Source: Candidatus Aenigmatarchaeota archaeon
Lineage (GTDB): Archaea > Aenigmatarchaeota > Aenigmatarchaeia > QMZP01 > QMZT01
Assembly (NCBI GenBank): GCA_043808015.1
Contig: JAZDFI010000008.1
Location: 13,271 to 77,270, forward strand
Reading direction: 5' to 3'
DNA: 64,000 nt
This document shows positions 1 through 9,545 of the stretch, in pieces (the stretch's first letter is position 1; each line of letters starts with the position of its first letter). The translations under genes and the position numbers were made by a program. Under the pieces are notes generated by a model. It saw only the letters and a list, made by a program, of their open reading frames with translations, was not told the DNA's origin and ran no database searches.

Positions 1-1251
1 ACAGAAGAGATAAAGAGCATAATCATGAGGATACGCGGCATGGACCCCGGGAAAAGCGATGTTATCCGGTACTACGTACAACGAGACATCATCGGCCTGG
101 GCAGGATAGAGCCGCTCATGAGGGACAAGAACATCGAGGAAGTATCGTGCGACGGCGATAAAATCCCGCTTTACATCTACCACAGGAACCCGCTTTTCGG
201 CTCGACCGTGACCAATATAGTTTTCGACGACGCTGACGTTCTGGACACGTTCGTCATGAAGATGTCGCAGAAATGCGGCAAGTCGATTTCCGTCGCGGAT
301 CCCATGATAGAAGGCTCGCTGCCGGACGGCTCGAGGGTCCACGCGACGCTGGGAACGGACATAGCCAGACGAGGTTCGAATTTCACGATACGCAAGTTCA
401 CCAAGACACCGCTCACTCCGATACACATGCTGGAATACGGCACGCTCGACTCGACACAGCTCGCATACCTTTGGCTCGCGATAGAGAACCGCAAGTCCAT
501 GCTAATCTCCGGTGGTACGGCATCGGGCAAGACGTCGCTTCTCAATGCGCTGTCGCTTTTCATCAGACCCAACATGAAGATAGTTTCGATAGAGGATACG
601 CCGGAGCTGAGCCTGCCGCACCCCCACTGGGTGCCGGAAGTCGCCAGAACTCCGATATCCGAGGGCAAGAAGACCGGCGAGGTCAGCCTTTTCGACCTGC
701 TCAAGTCGTCGTTAAGACAGCGACCGGACTACATAATAGTCGGCGAGGTGAGAGGCACGGAAGCGTACGTCCTGTTCCAGCAAATCGCTACAGGTCACGC
801 CGGGATAGCGACGATTCACGCGGCGAATCTGCAGCAGCTCGTAGACAGACTTACGACGCCTCCCATCAACCTGCCGTCGAGCCTTATACAAAATCTGGAC
901 ATCATAGTGTTCATAATGCAGGTCAAGTCGCGCGACCGCTACGTGCGCAGAGTCAACCAGATTCTCGAGGTCACGGGAGTCAAGGGCGACAAGCCCGTGA
1001 CAAGCGAGGTCTTCAAATGGAAGCCCATCGATGACAAGTTCGAGCTTTCCGAGAGGAGCACCATGCTGGAGCACATCGCCAGGTCGCTCGGCCTGACAGA
1101 AATTACGCTAAAGGAAGAGATGCGCACCAGGAAGATCATCCTAGAGTGGATGTGGGAAAAGCGCATGTTCGACTACAGGGACGTGTCTAAAATGATAACC
1201 GGCTACTATTCCAATCCTGAAAGGATAATCGGCCTCGTCGAGGGCATATGA
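1..1251 (+). CDS. Type IV pilus/archaellum-family secretion ATPase (FlaI/PilB/GspE-like), 5'-truncated by the window edge
   Basis: Frame 1 is open from nt 1 (TEEIKSII precedes the first Met of ORF 25..1251). Walker A GGTASGKTS, Walker B-like DYIIVGEVRG and His-box ATIHAAN are present. Platform-protein genes follow directly. Confidence 0.85.
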   Translation, partial: TEEIKSIIMRIRGMDPGKSDVIRYYVQRDIIGLGRIEPLMRDKNIEEVSCDGDKIPLYIYHRNPLFGSTVTNIVFDDADVLDTFVMKMSQKCGKSISVADPMIEGSLPDGSRVHATLGTDIARRGSNFTIRKFTKTPLTPIHMLEYGTLDSTQLAYLWLAIENRKSMLISGGTASGKTSLLNALSLFIRPNMKIVSIEDTPELSLPHPHWVPEVARTPISEGKKTGEVSLFDLLKSSLRQRPDYIIVGEVRGTEAYVLFQQIATGHAGIATIHAANLQQLVDRLTTPPINLPSSLIQNLDIIVFIMQVKSRDRYVRRVNQILEVTGVKGDKPVTSEVFKWKPIDDKFELSERSTMLEHIARSLGLTEITLKEEMRTRKIILEWMWEKRMFDYRDVSKMITGYYSNPERIIGLVEGI

Positions 1252-1286
1252 GGTGCGACTAAGGCTGAGTTTTTCGTAATCCAGAC

Positions 1287-2156
1287 ATGCCTTGGCAAGG
1301 AAAATTTATGTTGGGAAGATTCGCATACAAACTTTTCGGGAGGGTAGTGGAATCATACGCCGAATATTTTGATTCTCTCAGCCTGCAGCTGAAGCAGGCC
1401 AAGATGAAATACCCGGTCGAGGAATACGTTTCGCTGCTGATGCTGGCGTCGCTCATAACCTTCGCGGCAGTTATAATGGCTGGCTCGTTCTACATTACCA
1501 TAACAACGGCCCGCGCTTTCTACTCGTACACGTTCTCCATCATAATCTCCTGCGTTGCGGCAGTCGGCGTGTTCTTCCTGGGCATGTATTATCCGACCAT
1601 GAAGGCGAAGGGCATACAGAGCGAAATAAACAAGTCCATTCCATTCGCCACGATTTACATGGCGACAGTCGCGTCTGCAGACACGAATGCGGCGCAGCTG
1701 TTCAAGATAGCTTCGCTCAGGGGCGGCCACATAGGCAAGGAGTGCGAAAAAATCTACCGCGACATACACATGCTCGGCATGGATGTTTCGACCGCGATAA
1801 CGAAGGCTGCGAACCGCACGCCGTCAGCGAAGTTCTCCGAGATGTTGTGGGGCATGCTTTCCGTGATAAAGCGCGGAGGCGACCTGGGCGAATACCTCGC
1901 GGACAAGTCCAAGGAATACATGAACGATTACAGGCGCTCGCTGGAAGACTATTCGAAGCAGATAAGTTTCTATACTGAGATTTACATAACGCTCATAATC
2001 GTGGGCACGCTGTTCTTCATCGTGCTCTCGTCGATAATGTCGCCGCTCGTGGGTGGCGATATACTCATGGTGCAGACGTTCCTGGTGTTCTTCTTCATAC
2101 CGCTCATATCCGCGGGATTCCTGGTATTGATGAAGAGCCTTTCACCTTCGAATTGA
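1287..2156 (+). CDS. Single T2SSF-domain membrane platform protein, first of two (FlaJ/PilC/TadB-like)
   Basis: 289 aa. TM segments flank a soluble helical domain typical of T2SS-F/PilC (IPFATIYMATVASADTNAAQLF, RTPSAKFSEMLWGMLSVIKRGGDLGEYL). Lies immediately downstream of the ATPase. Confidence 0.7.
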   Translation: MPWQGKFMLGRFAYKLFGRVVESYAEYFDSLSLQLKQAKMKYPVEEYVSLLMLASLITFAAVIMAGSFYITITTARAFYSYTFSIIISCVAAVGVFFLGMYYPTMKAKGIQSEINKSIPFATIYMATVASADTNAAQLFKIASLRGGHIGKECEKIYRDIHMLGMDVSTAITKAANRTPSAKFSEMLWGMLSVIKRGGDLGEYLADKSKEYMNDYRRSLEDYSKQISFYTEIYITLIIVGTLFFIVLSSIMSPLVGGDILMVQTFLVFFFIPLISAGFLVLMKSLSPSN

Positions 2157-2175
2157 AGGAAAATAGAGTGAACAT

Positions 2176-3102
2176 ATGGACAAGGAAAGGAGAGTGCTAC
2201 TGGTTTCGATGATAATAGCTGTCGTGCTGGTCAGCGTTTTCGCCGTCCTTACCCAGGATGTCGGCATCATAGTTAACGTGAGCGTCATAGCGCTGTTCAT
2301 AGTCATCACTCCGCTTTTCCTGATAAAATACACGGAATTACTCTGGTTAAAATCGATAGAGAAAGAGTTCCCTGCATTCATCCGCGACCTCGCAGGCTTA
2401 AAGCGCTCCGGCATCACGCTTTCCGAAGCGATAAAGATGACGACGAAGAACAACTATGGCAAGCTCACGCCTGAAATCCAGAAGTTCTCCAACCGCTTGT
2501 CCTGGGGCGTGCATTTCATCAGGGCGCTTGAAATTTTCGGCAAGCGCTTCCGCGCCTCGAAGCTCGTAACGGAGATACTGAGCATCGTAAGAGAAGCGTA
2601 TGTCTCGGGCGCCAACATATCGGTCACTCTCGATTCGCTTTCCAGGGATATGGTCACGCTCAAGGAGATCGATGAAGAGCGCAAGTCAGTCGTTCGCCAG
2701 CACGTCATGATAATGTACGGCATATTCTTCATGTTTGTCGCGATATCCATTTCCATAATCTACGTCCTCGTGCCCATGATGAGCCAGACGCAGCAGACGT
2801 CTGTAGCGAATTCGCCGTTAGTCATGTCCTTCGCCGACCCGTGCCAGAGGATGAACATCCCGTTCCCGTGCGCGTATTTCGGCGTGGTCTGCGAGTCGTT
2901 CTCAGTAAACCAAGGAGTGGGCTGCTATTACTTCTCGCTGTTCTTCACCGTGCTTGTCATACAGGCGATATTCATGGGCCTGATATCAGGGCAGCTCGGT
3001 GAGAATTCGATCGTCGCTGGCGTCAAGCACTCGCTCATAATGCTCGCTTCCGTGTTCATGATATTCATGTTCGTGGTCAGGAGCGGGCTGCTGCCGGTTT
3101 GA
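2176..3102 (+). CDS. Single T2SSF-domain membrane platform protein, second of two (FlaJ/PilC/TadC-like)
   Basis: 308 aa. N-terminal TMs, then EKEFPAFIRDLAGLKRSGITLSEAIKM...VSGANISVTLDSLSRDM (T2SSF-like), then C-terminal TMs. Starts 19 nt after the previous stop, in a different frame. Confidence 0.7.
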   Translation: MDKERRVLLVSMIIAVVLVSVFAVLTQDVGIIVNVSVIALFIVITPLFLIKYTELLWLKSIEKEFPAFIRDLAGLKRSGITLSEAIKMTTKNNYGKLTPEIQKFSNRLSWGVHFIRALEIFGKRFRASKLVTEILSIVREAYVSGANISVTLDSLSRDMVTLKEIDEERKSVVRQHVMIMYGIFFMFVAISISIIYVLVPMMSQTQQTSVANSPLVMSFADPCQRMNIPFPCAYFGVVCESFSVNQGVGCYYFSLFFTVLVIQAIFMGLISGQLGENSIVAGVKHSLIMLASVFMIFMFVVRSGLLPV

Positions 3103-3154
3103 TTCTGCAATATTTCCAGGCTAAATATTTTAAGAATACAAGCCAATAAAGAGT

Positions 3155-4009
3155 ATGGACTTCATCAGCGAATACTTCCTGAACCCCATTCTATCGAACG
3201 GCTGGTTCAACCCCGTCAATTCACTGGTTTATGGAATTATTCTTGTCGTGGCTGTATATTTTGTTTTCAAGCTCCTGAAGCGCATGCGCGTACGCATAGA
3301 CCGGCATTTCCTGTATGCGATAACGCCGTTCATCTTATGGGCGGCCATAACGCGCGTGCTTCACGACGCCGCGTTCGCTGGTGCGCTCAAAGGCGATATA
3401 GGCGATTTCTTCTCGATGCCGGTATTCCCGACGCCGGGCTCGTATTTCATCACGTTTACGCTCGCACTAGGAGTTTTAGTCATCTCTTTAGGCATACAGA
3501 AATATGCGAAAGCGATTCCGTACTGGAAATCCATGGCCGGGATTGGCGTGGCGCTATCGGCTATCGAATTAGCCATTATGCCAAAATTCGATATCATTCC
3601 AGTGGGCATGATTCTGGGCATCACTGGCCTATGGACTCTGCTGTTCTTCCTGTTCCACAAGTTTTCTGTTTCCTTGCAAAAAAAATCCATGCTGAAAACG
3701 CTTAAGCAGATTTTCACACTCGACAACTCGGCCATACTTTCGGCCCACATGCTCGATGCCAGCGCGACTTTCGTCGCCCTCGCGTTTTTCGGTTACGCCG
3801 AGCAGCATCCGCTGCCGCGCACGCTTATCGAGTTCTCCAACCCCGCGGCCATGTTCCTGCTCAAGCTCGTCGTGCTGATACCTGTTTTATACATAATCGA
3901 CCGTCACGCAGAGAAGGGCGAGTTCAAGAACTTCCTGAAGATAGTCATCTTCATACTAGGGCTCGCGCCAGGCCTGCGCGACATGATAAGGCTGATGGCA
4001 GGCGTCTAA
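3155..4009 (+). CDS. Polytopic membrane protein (possibly DUF63-like archaeal family)
   Basis: 284 aa with about 7-8 hydrophobic segments. The motif HMLDASATFVALAFFGYAEQHP is reminiscent of DUF63. The family call is from memory only. Confidence 0.5.
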   Translation: MDFISEYFLNPILSNGWFNPVNSLVYGIILVVAVYFVFKLLKRMRVRIDRHFLYAITPFILWAAITRVLHDAAFAGALKGDIGDFFSMPVFPTPGSYFITFTLALGVLVISLGIQKYAKAIPYWKSMAGIGVALSAIELAIMPKFDIIPVGMILGITGLWTLLFFLFHKFSVSLQKKSMLKTLKQIFTLDNSAILSAHMLDASATFVALAFFGYAEQHPLPRTLIEFSNPAAMFLLKLVVLIPVLYIIDRHAEKGEFKNFLKIVIFILGLAPGLRDMIRLMAGV

Positions 4010-4014
4010 CGATT

Positions 4015-7000
4015 TCAAGAATCAGAACCAGATTCTGCAGTGTATTGCGCCAATTCCTTCGGCCAGCATATATCATTGAATGTTATCAGCGTGTCCTTGG
4101 TGTCCTTCTTGGTGAAGCTGTACGTCGCACTCGCTGTTATAGTGTATGTCTTTTTCGGAACTTCTAACCTGCTGATACCGTTGTAGCTGCATACGCCGTC
4201 ATTTGAAAAGCCCAGCTCAAAAATATAGGCGGAAACGTTCGCGTCTTTATTGTTCAGATCAAATTTGAAACTTCTCGTGCACGTAGGTTCGCCCAAATCC
4301 TTGGTTACGTTTAAGGACACTTTGGCATTGCTTACCGCAGTGTTTTTCGGATCCCAAGTGGTTGAAAGATTGAAACCGATATAGAATCCTGTGCTTGCCT
4401 TTATTGGCTGGTCCATTGAACCGAGATTGAGGTTGGCAGGCGAAGTTGAAAGCAGAGAAGGCTTCTGCGCTCTTACAAGCTTGTCTTCTGATGAGAGCCT
4501 CTTCCATTCCTGGTCTGAAATGAAATCTATCTGCAGATTCGACGTCGACTCGTATTCGTAAGTCACGTTAATCATGAAAGGTATGTATTTCTCCCTCACC
4601 GTATGCTCTTGGCCGCCGATAAATCCGAAATCGTTCCACGCAGTGCTTCTGAAGTCTTCGCATTCCAGTTTACCGTAAAGTAGGATTGGGATGGTTTCTT
4701 TCATTTCTATATCTTCTATATTTATTCCCATAGCCTGGTTGATGTAATTTTTATCCATTGTGAACCTGTACCATTGTTCATTGGTCTTCTCGTTCTTGGG
4801 CAGCTTTTCCATTTTGTTTGTTGGGACGGTATTATGTCCAATCTTGAAATCCCTTATAGTCGTTAGTAAATCAATTCTGACGTTCTTTGCGTGGAATTGT
4901 CCCTTGTTCTCCAGCTCCATTTCTATCAAGAAAGGCTCCCCGAGATATATTGGATGGACGTCAAACTTCCTTATCTCCAGGCCGTACGCCCCTGATATTC
5001 CCATCTCGTTTTGCGCGTATTGGCCATTCGTTATCTGTTGAGCATACCCGACCGGGTTGGTGAACAGCATCCATCCCTGGCCGAACGTGTTCTGGAACTG
5101 ACCGAACATGTCGCCCATCGGCTTGAAGAAGTCATTTACGCCATTGTGGACTGACGGCCACCACTCGCCGAAGAAGGCCACGCCCACCGACTGCTGGCCG
5201 GAGCCAAGGCCGAAAATCACGAAACCTATCACGAGTATTATTACACCCATCCATGGCCTCGTCTCTGCCGGGGTTGTGAGCCCGGCTACAAGACCGAGAA
5301 TCCAAACGGCACTGAATACTATGCCGCCTGTTCCGGAGAAGAAGCCGCCAGCTAGGTTGAAGCCACCTATGACGGCAAAAATTACCATTATCGCAACGAA
5401 TACGACTTTGTCTATCATGTCGTAGCTTGCCCCTGACGCATTGCCTATTTTACCCAGAGCCTTTGCCAGGTTGTTCTTTTCTGTTGCGACAGGCAAAACG
5501 ACGAAGAAGGCCAACGTCAGCCAGCCAAGCTCTTTCGACTGGAATATGCCTCCGCCCAAAACGCCGAATATGAAAAAGGCTATGAAAAGTGCCAGCAGAA
5601 CCCTAACGAATGAAAGGATGAAGTCGTATGGCTTTGATGGTTCGAACTCTATCGGCATCTTGAAGTAAAAGCCGAACGCAAGGAACAGCAGCAGAAGATT
5701 GGAGCCCGGGAACTGCTGCGAATAAAGGCCGCCGATGAAGCACACCACGATGCCTGCCATCGCAACGGCTTTCAGAAAAGCTATGCCAGTGTTCGTTCTG
5801 TTTTCCGTATTAGTGAAAAGGCTGCCGAAAGTAGTGAATTCCTCGGCGTCGAGCTTGTTTTCCTTTGGGTTTGGAAGTATCATGTGGAAGCCCCAGAAAA
5901 TGAATCCGATAAGATACCATATGTTGCTTGTGTAAGCCGATATGGCAATTCCAATTATGACCAGAACCAGCGAAGAAATTATGTGATTGACGCCGTGACC
6001 AGTCTTCCTGGAAAAATCCGAGATGAGTCTGGAGCCTTTCGTCGCCTTTCCCAATGCTCGACCAGGACCCTTTTCTAAAATCGTGCTATCTGGCCTTTCG
6101 CCCTTACCGTCTAGATAATCTTTTATTTGCTCTTCTCTTGACCTGTTTTTTTCTTTTGCCTGTCCTTCTACCGACCGATTTTTTATTTCCAGTTTTATTA
6201 CGTCGGGGTCTGTCGGGCTGACTTCACCAGCGCTTACGACCACGCTTGCCGTTGCACTCACTTCCCTTACCTGCGTTGAAAATTCATCGGTGTATTCCTT
6301 CGTCACAGATACTTTGTATGACTTTACGCGCACTGCCGGCTGCCATGGTATCCTGCCGGCAGGAATGTCGGGAATGAAAAACTTGCCGTTCTTGCCGGAT
6401 GTGCCTTTATAATGCGTGCCGTTGACATCAATCAAGATTATTGCACCATCAACAGGAGAGCCGTGCAGGTCGGATATAATTCCGGTAGCAGCCCCGACTG
6501 CTTTGTCCGGGTCAGCCTGTTTGTTCCCTTCATGATTATGATAATGTAATTCTACATCTACAGGGTTGTCATGCACGTCAACATTGGTATTTCTATTTTT
6601 AGTGTTGTGAGTAGTGGTTTGTGTGCTACGCTGGTAGTTCTGATAGTTGAAATTAAATCCACCCTTGCCTTTTCCTCCGCCACCGCCTCCCCCACCGGAA
6701 CCGTCGAATTTTTTCGTTTTGACTTCTTTGAGCTCTTTTTTTAGCAGGAAATGACAGCCTTCTATGGCATAATGCGGATTGAAACCAGCGTTTGCCAGAG
6801 ACTTATTAATATCGATAGCTTTCGCATCTCCGGATTGAATATATGTGGGAATATCCTGAAGGTATCTCATAAGATCGTTGTATCTGGCTATTTTTTCCTT
6901 TGTGCCCATTCCCACCCATTGAACACCCGGAAAAAATATGTCCCTTGCGATTCTCAGCGCCTGCATATCCCTTCGTACTAAAGAAACTTCGTCCGGGTTT

Positions 7001-7053
7001 AAATCTGGCCCTTTCTTGCCTCTGCCTGTTAATCTGAACCTTTCAAGCACCAT
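4015..7053 (-). CDS. Large (1012 aa) multi-domain membrane protein of unknown function
   Basis: ATG at 7053. No N-terminal signal peptide. Contains a Gly run (GSGGGGGGGGKGKGG), an N/T/H-rich low-complexity stretch, a CarboxypepD_reg-like beta-sandwich (GSPVDGAIILIDVNGTHYKGTSGKNGKFFIPDIPAGR), about 8 TM helices, and a roughly 370-aa beta-rich C-terminal region with a CARDB-like segment (PIYLGEPFLIEMELENKGQFHAKNVRIDL). Confidence 0.7.
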   Translation of the reverse strand: MVLERFRLTGRGKKGPDLNPDEVSLVRRDMQALRIARDIFFPGVQWVGMGTKEKIARYNDLMRYLQDIPTYIQSGDAKAIDINKSLANAGFNPHYAIEGCHFLLKKELKEVKTKKFDGSGGGGGGGGKGKGGFNFNYQNYQRSTQTTTHNTKNRNTNVDVHDNPVDVELHYHNHEGNKQADPDKAVGAATGIISDLHGSPVDGAIILIDVNGTHYKGTSGKNGKFFIPDIPAGRIPWQPAVRVKSYKVSVTKEYTDEFSTQVREVSATASVVVSAGEVSPTDPDVIKLEIKNRSVEGQAKEKNRSREEQIKDYLDGKGERPDSTILEKGPGRALGKATKGSRLISDFSRKTGHGVNHIISSLVLVIIGIAISAYTSNIWYLIGFIFWGFHMILPNPKENKLDAEEFTTFGSLFTNTENRTNTGIAFLKAVAMAGIVVCFIGGLYSQQFPGSNLLLLFLAFGFYFKMPIEFEPSKPYDFILSFVRVLLALFIAFFIFGVLGGGIFQSKELGWLTLAFFVVLPVATEKNNLAKALGKIGNASGASYDMIDKVVFVAIMVIFAVIGGFNLAGGFFSGTGGIVFSAVWILGLVAGLTTPAETRPWMGVIILVIGFVIFGLGSGQQSVGVAFFGEWWPSVHNGVNDFFKPMGDMFGQFQNTFGQGWMLFTNPVGYAQQITNGQYAQNEMGISGAYGLEIRKFDVHPIYLGEPFLIEMELENKGQFHAKNVRIDLLTTIRDFKIGHNTVPTNKMEKLPKNEKTNEQWYRFTMDKNYINQAMGINIEDIEMKETIPILLYGKLECEDFRSTAWNDFGFIGGQEHTVREKYIPFMINVTYEYESTSNLQIDFISDQEWKRLSSEDKLVRAQKPSLLSTSPANLNLGSMDQPIKASTGFYIGFNLSTTWDPKNTAVSNAKVSLNVTKDLGEPTCTRSFKFDLNNKDANVSAYIFELGFSNDGVCSYNGISRLEVPKKTYTITASATYSFTKKDTKDTLITFNDICWPKELAQYTAESGSDS

Positions 7054-7125
7054 GTCGACCTGATAATAATTAATTAGGAATGTATAAATTTGTATAAAAA
7101 GAGAAAAGCGGTTCTAGCGACTACT

Positions 7126-7557
7126 TTACTTGCCGAACCAGAGCTTGAGCTCGGCTTTCGCTTCATCGGGCGTGCCGGAGGCGTGAATGAGATTGTAGAT
7201 GGAGCGGTGCTCTTTGTCGGCCTTCTCGCACGAGTCGTCGCCCAGATCGCCTCGTATCGTGCCCTTGTCGGCCTTGCTGGGGTCGGTAGCGCCGACTATT
7301 CGCCTCACGTGCGCGACCGCGTCCTTCCCTTCGAGCACCATAGCGACGACCTGCCGGTTGGCCAGGTATTTGATGAGCAGCTCAAAGAACGGCTTCCCCT
7401 TGTGCATGGCGTAATGCGTCTCAACAAAATCGCTGGTCGGCGCGACCATCTTCATGTTTCGCACTTTCAGGCCGCCGTCTTCAAAGCGCCTTATTATCTC
7501 GCCGATCAGGTTTCTGTCGACTCCGTCGGGCTTTATCAGGACTAGCGTTTTCTCCAT
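7126..7557 (-). CDS. ndk: Nucleoside diphosphate kinase
   Basis: MEKTLVLIKPDGVDRNLIGEIIRRFE...NLIHASG. ATG at 7557 is preceded by GAGGAGTGA. The longer ORF start at 7575 is less likely. Confidence 0.9.
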   Translation of the reverse strand: MEKTLVLIKPDGVDRNLIGEIIRRFEDGGLKVRNMKMVAPTSDFVETHYAMHKGKPFFELLIKYLANRQVVAMVLEGKDAVAHVRRIVGATDPSKADKGTIRGDLGDDSCEKADKEHRSIYNLIHASGTPDEAKAELKLWFGK

Positions 7558-7561
7558 AAAA

Positions 7562-8212
7562 TCACTCCTCAGCAAGCTTGTTTTTCTTCATGTAAGCATC
7601 AACCGATTTCAACATCCTGCGCGACACGTCTTCGATGCCGCCCACGGCGTCAACCTCTATTAGCACGCCTTTCTTCGTGTAGAAATCCACAAGCGGCTTC
7701 GTCGCCTTTTCATACACTTTCAGGCGCTTTTTGACCACGTCGTTTTTCTGATCCTCGCGGACGTAAAGTGCGCCTTTGCATTTGTCGCACATGCCGCTCT
7801 TCTTCGGCTTCGCGAACTTGTGGTGGTATATTTCCCCGCAATATCCGCATGTCAGGCGGCCTGTCATCCTTTCCAGGATGTTCCTGTTCGGCGCGACGAA
7901 GTTGATGACCATATCGATAGCGGCCGTCTTTTCGAGTTCTTTGGCCTGCACCAGCGTCCTGGGGAAGCCGTCGAGAATGAACCTCTTCCGCCCCTTGATG
8001 GCTTTCTTCATTATTTCCATAACTAAAGCGTCCGGCACCAGCTCGCCGCGGTCCATGTAAGCCTTCGCCTTTCTGCCTATTGCCGTGCCTTTCTTTGATT
8101 CGTTGCGCAGCATCTCGCCCGTGCATATGTTGGGTATCTTCATTCTGGTTGAAAGTATGCTGCACTGGGTTCCTTTGCCTATGCCCGGCGGGCCAAGGAG
8201 AATTATTTTCAT
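7562..8212 (-). CDS. adk: Adenylate kinase (long type with zinc-ribbon lid)
   Basis: MKIILLGPPGIGKGTQ P-loop and lid CGYCGEIYH...CDKCKG. Stop lies 4 nt before the ndk start. Confidence 0.9.
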   Translation of the reverse strand: MKIILLGPPGIGKGTQCSILSTRMKIPNICTGEMLRNESKKGTAIGRKAKAYMDRGELVPDALVMEIMKKAIKGRKRFILDGFPRTLVQAKELEKTAAIDMVINFVAPNRNILERMTGRLTCGYCGEIYHHKFAKPKKSGMCDKCKGALYVREDQKNDVVKKRLKVYEKATKPLVDFYTKKGVLIEVDAVGGIEDVSRRMLKSVDAYMKKNKLAEE

Positions 8213-8404
8213 GAATGTTCCTCTAGCTAGGATTATTATTCTTCAAAACGCATGCTTAAAACCTTTTCGCTACGCTCTCGTTTCTATCCCTTTCCTTATG
8301 CTCTTTATGAAATCCTCTGGCTTGACGTCGAACTTGACCTCCACTTTGGTCTGTAATGTCCTTGCTAACAACTTATTCATGTCTCCTATGACAATAATGT
8401 TACA

Positions 8405-9545
8405 ATGAGATTTAACATTCTGCAATATCTGCCTAAAGAAACAAAGATAATGATTGACAAAGATTTAGCGCAAATTCTATTTGCCAATAAAAAACTTTGC
8501 GAATTTTCCAGAGAATACGGAATCGGCTTAAAAAATATGAGCAGATACAGAAACTGCACCCGCTCGATTCCTATAAAATTATTTCAAAAAATAGCTCAAA
8601 ATTCTCCCATTAGAATGGAAGAATTCCAAGGAAAGATGCGAATTAAAATAAACAGAATGGGCAAGTATGTCAAAATAGGACCTGTTATAAACATTGATGA
8701 AAAGTGGGTATATATTTCGGAACTCATTAAAGGTGATGGTTATATCCCGTCTACTTACTGGTATATAGTTTTTGTTAATAAAAATGAAAATTTGATTAAT
8801 GTTGTCAAGAACTTTTTTTTTATCTTTGGGCTTGCCTGAAAAACAAATTGATATTCGAAGAAGATCAGATGCAACATTCCTTACAGTCAGATCATCTCCT
8901 ATTGCATACATCCTCAACGGAATACTTGGAGTGCCTGTTGGGAAGAAGGGCGAGATCGGTATCAAAAAGTTTGTTATGAATGATAAAATATTGTCGGTGG
9001 CGGCCGTTAGAGGGGCATTTGATGCGGAAGGTGCCGCTACATTCACCGGGTCGCGGAGGATATCCATAACGTCAAATAGTCAAACATGGCTCCTATATTT
9101 AAGTAAAATATTGAAGAATCTCGGTATAAAATCCACAATATATGAAGAACGGAAAGGTAGAAAAAAACCGATATATCGTTTGTTTGTGCAACATATTATT
9201 AACATTCGCAGGTTTTATGAAATAGTCCAACCTCAGCATACGCAAAGGAGTAGAAAACTTAGAGAAATCATTGAAACGTACAGCAAACCATATTTTGGTG
9301 TCGGGTATCTGAGGAAACCCATACTTCTTTCGATAAAATCAGGAAATACGAGAAGATCAAAAATAGCAGAAGACATATCACAAAATCCTATAACAGTTGG
9401 AAATAATATCAAATGGTTAAGAAAAAGAGGACTGATAAGGCCTTCAAAAATGGTTTATACGAACAATGGTGGCTTCTATGAATATATTTTGACAGAGATG
9501 GGGCTGAAATACCTAAGAGATGACACTCTCTCTTTTTTTGATTAG
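8405..9545 (+). pseudogene. Free-standing double-motif LAGLIDADG endonuclease-like gene with N-terminal HTH and C-terminal winged helix, interrupted by a frameshift
   Basis: ORF 8405..8839 carries motif 1 (SELIKGDGYI). ORF 8799..9545 carries motif 2 (AAVRGAFDAEGAA) and a wHTH-like tail (ITVGNNIKWLRKRGLI). The frames switch at a T9 run (8813..8821). The region is visibly AT-rich. Confidence 0.6.

Noticed and set aside
177-1074. ORFs 177..704(-), 273..1034(+) and 712..1074(-) overlapping the secretion ATPase gene
   Set aside because: These are shadow frames inside a gene with clear Walker motifs. Their translations are Arg/Ser/Pro-rich with no recognisable domains.
8270-8380. 36-aa minus-strand ORF (MNKLLARTLQTKVEVKFDVKPEDFIKSIRKGIETRA) just upstream of adk
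   Set aside because: It is too short, has no motif, and lies in an AT-rich promoter-like region. It cannot be supported without conservation data.
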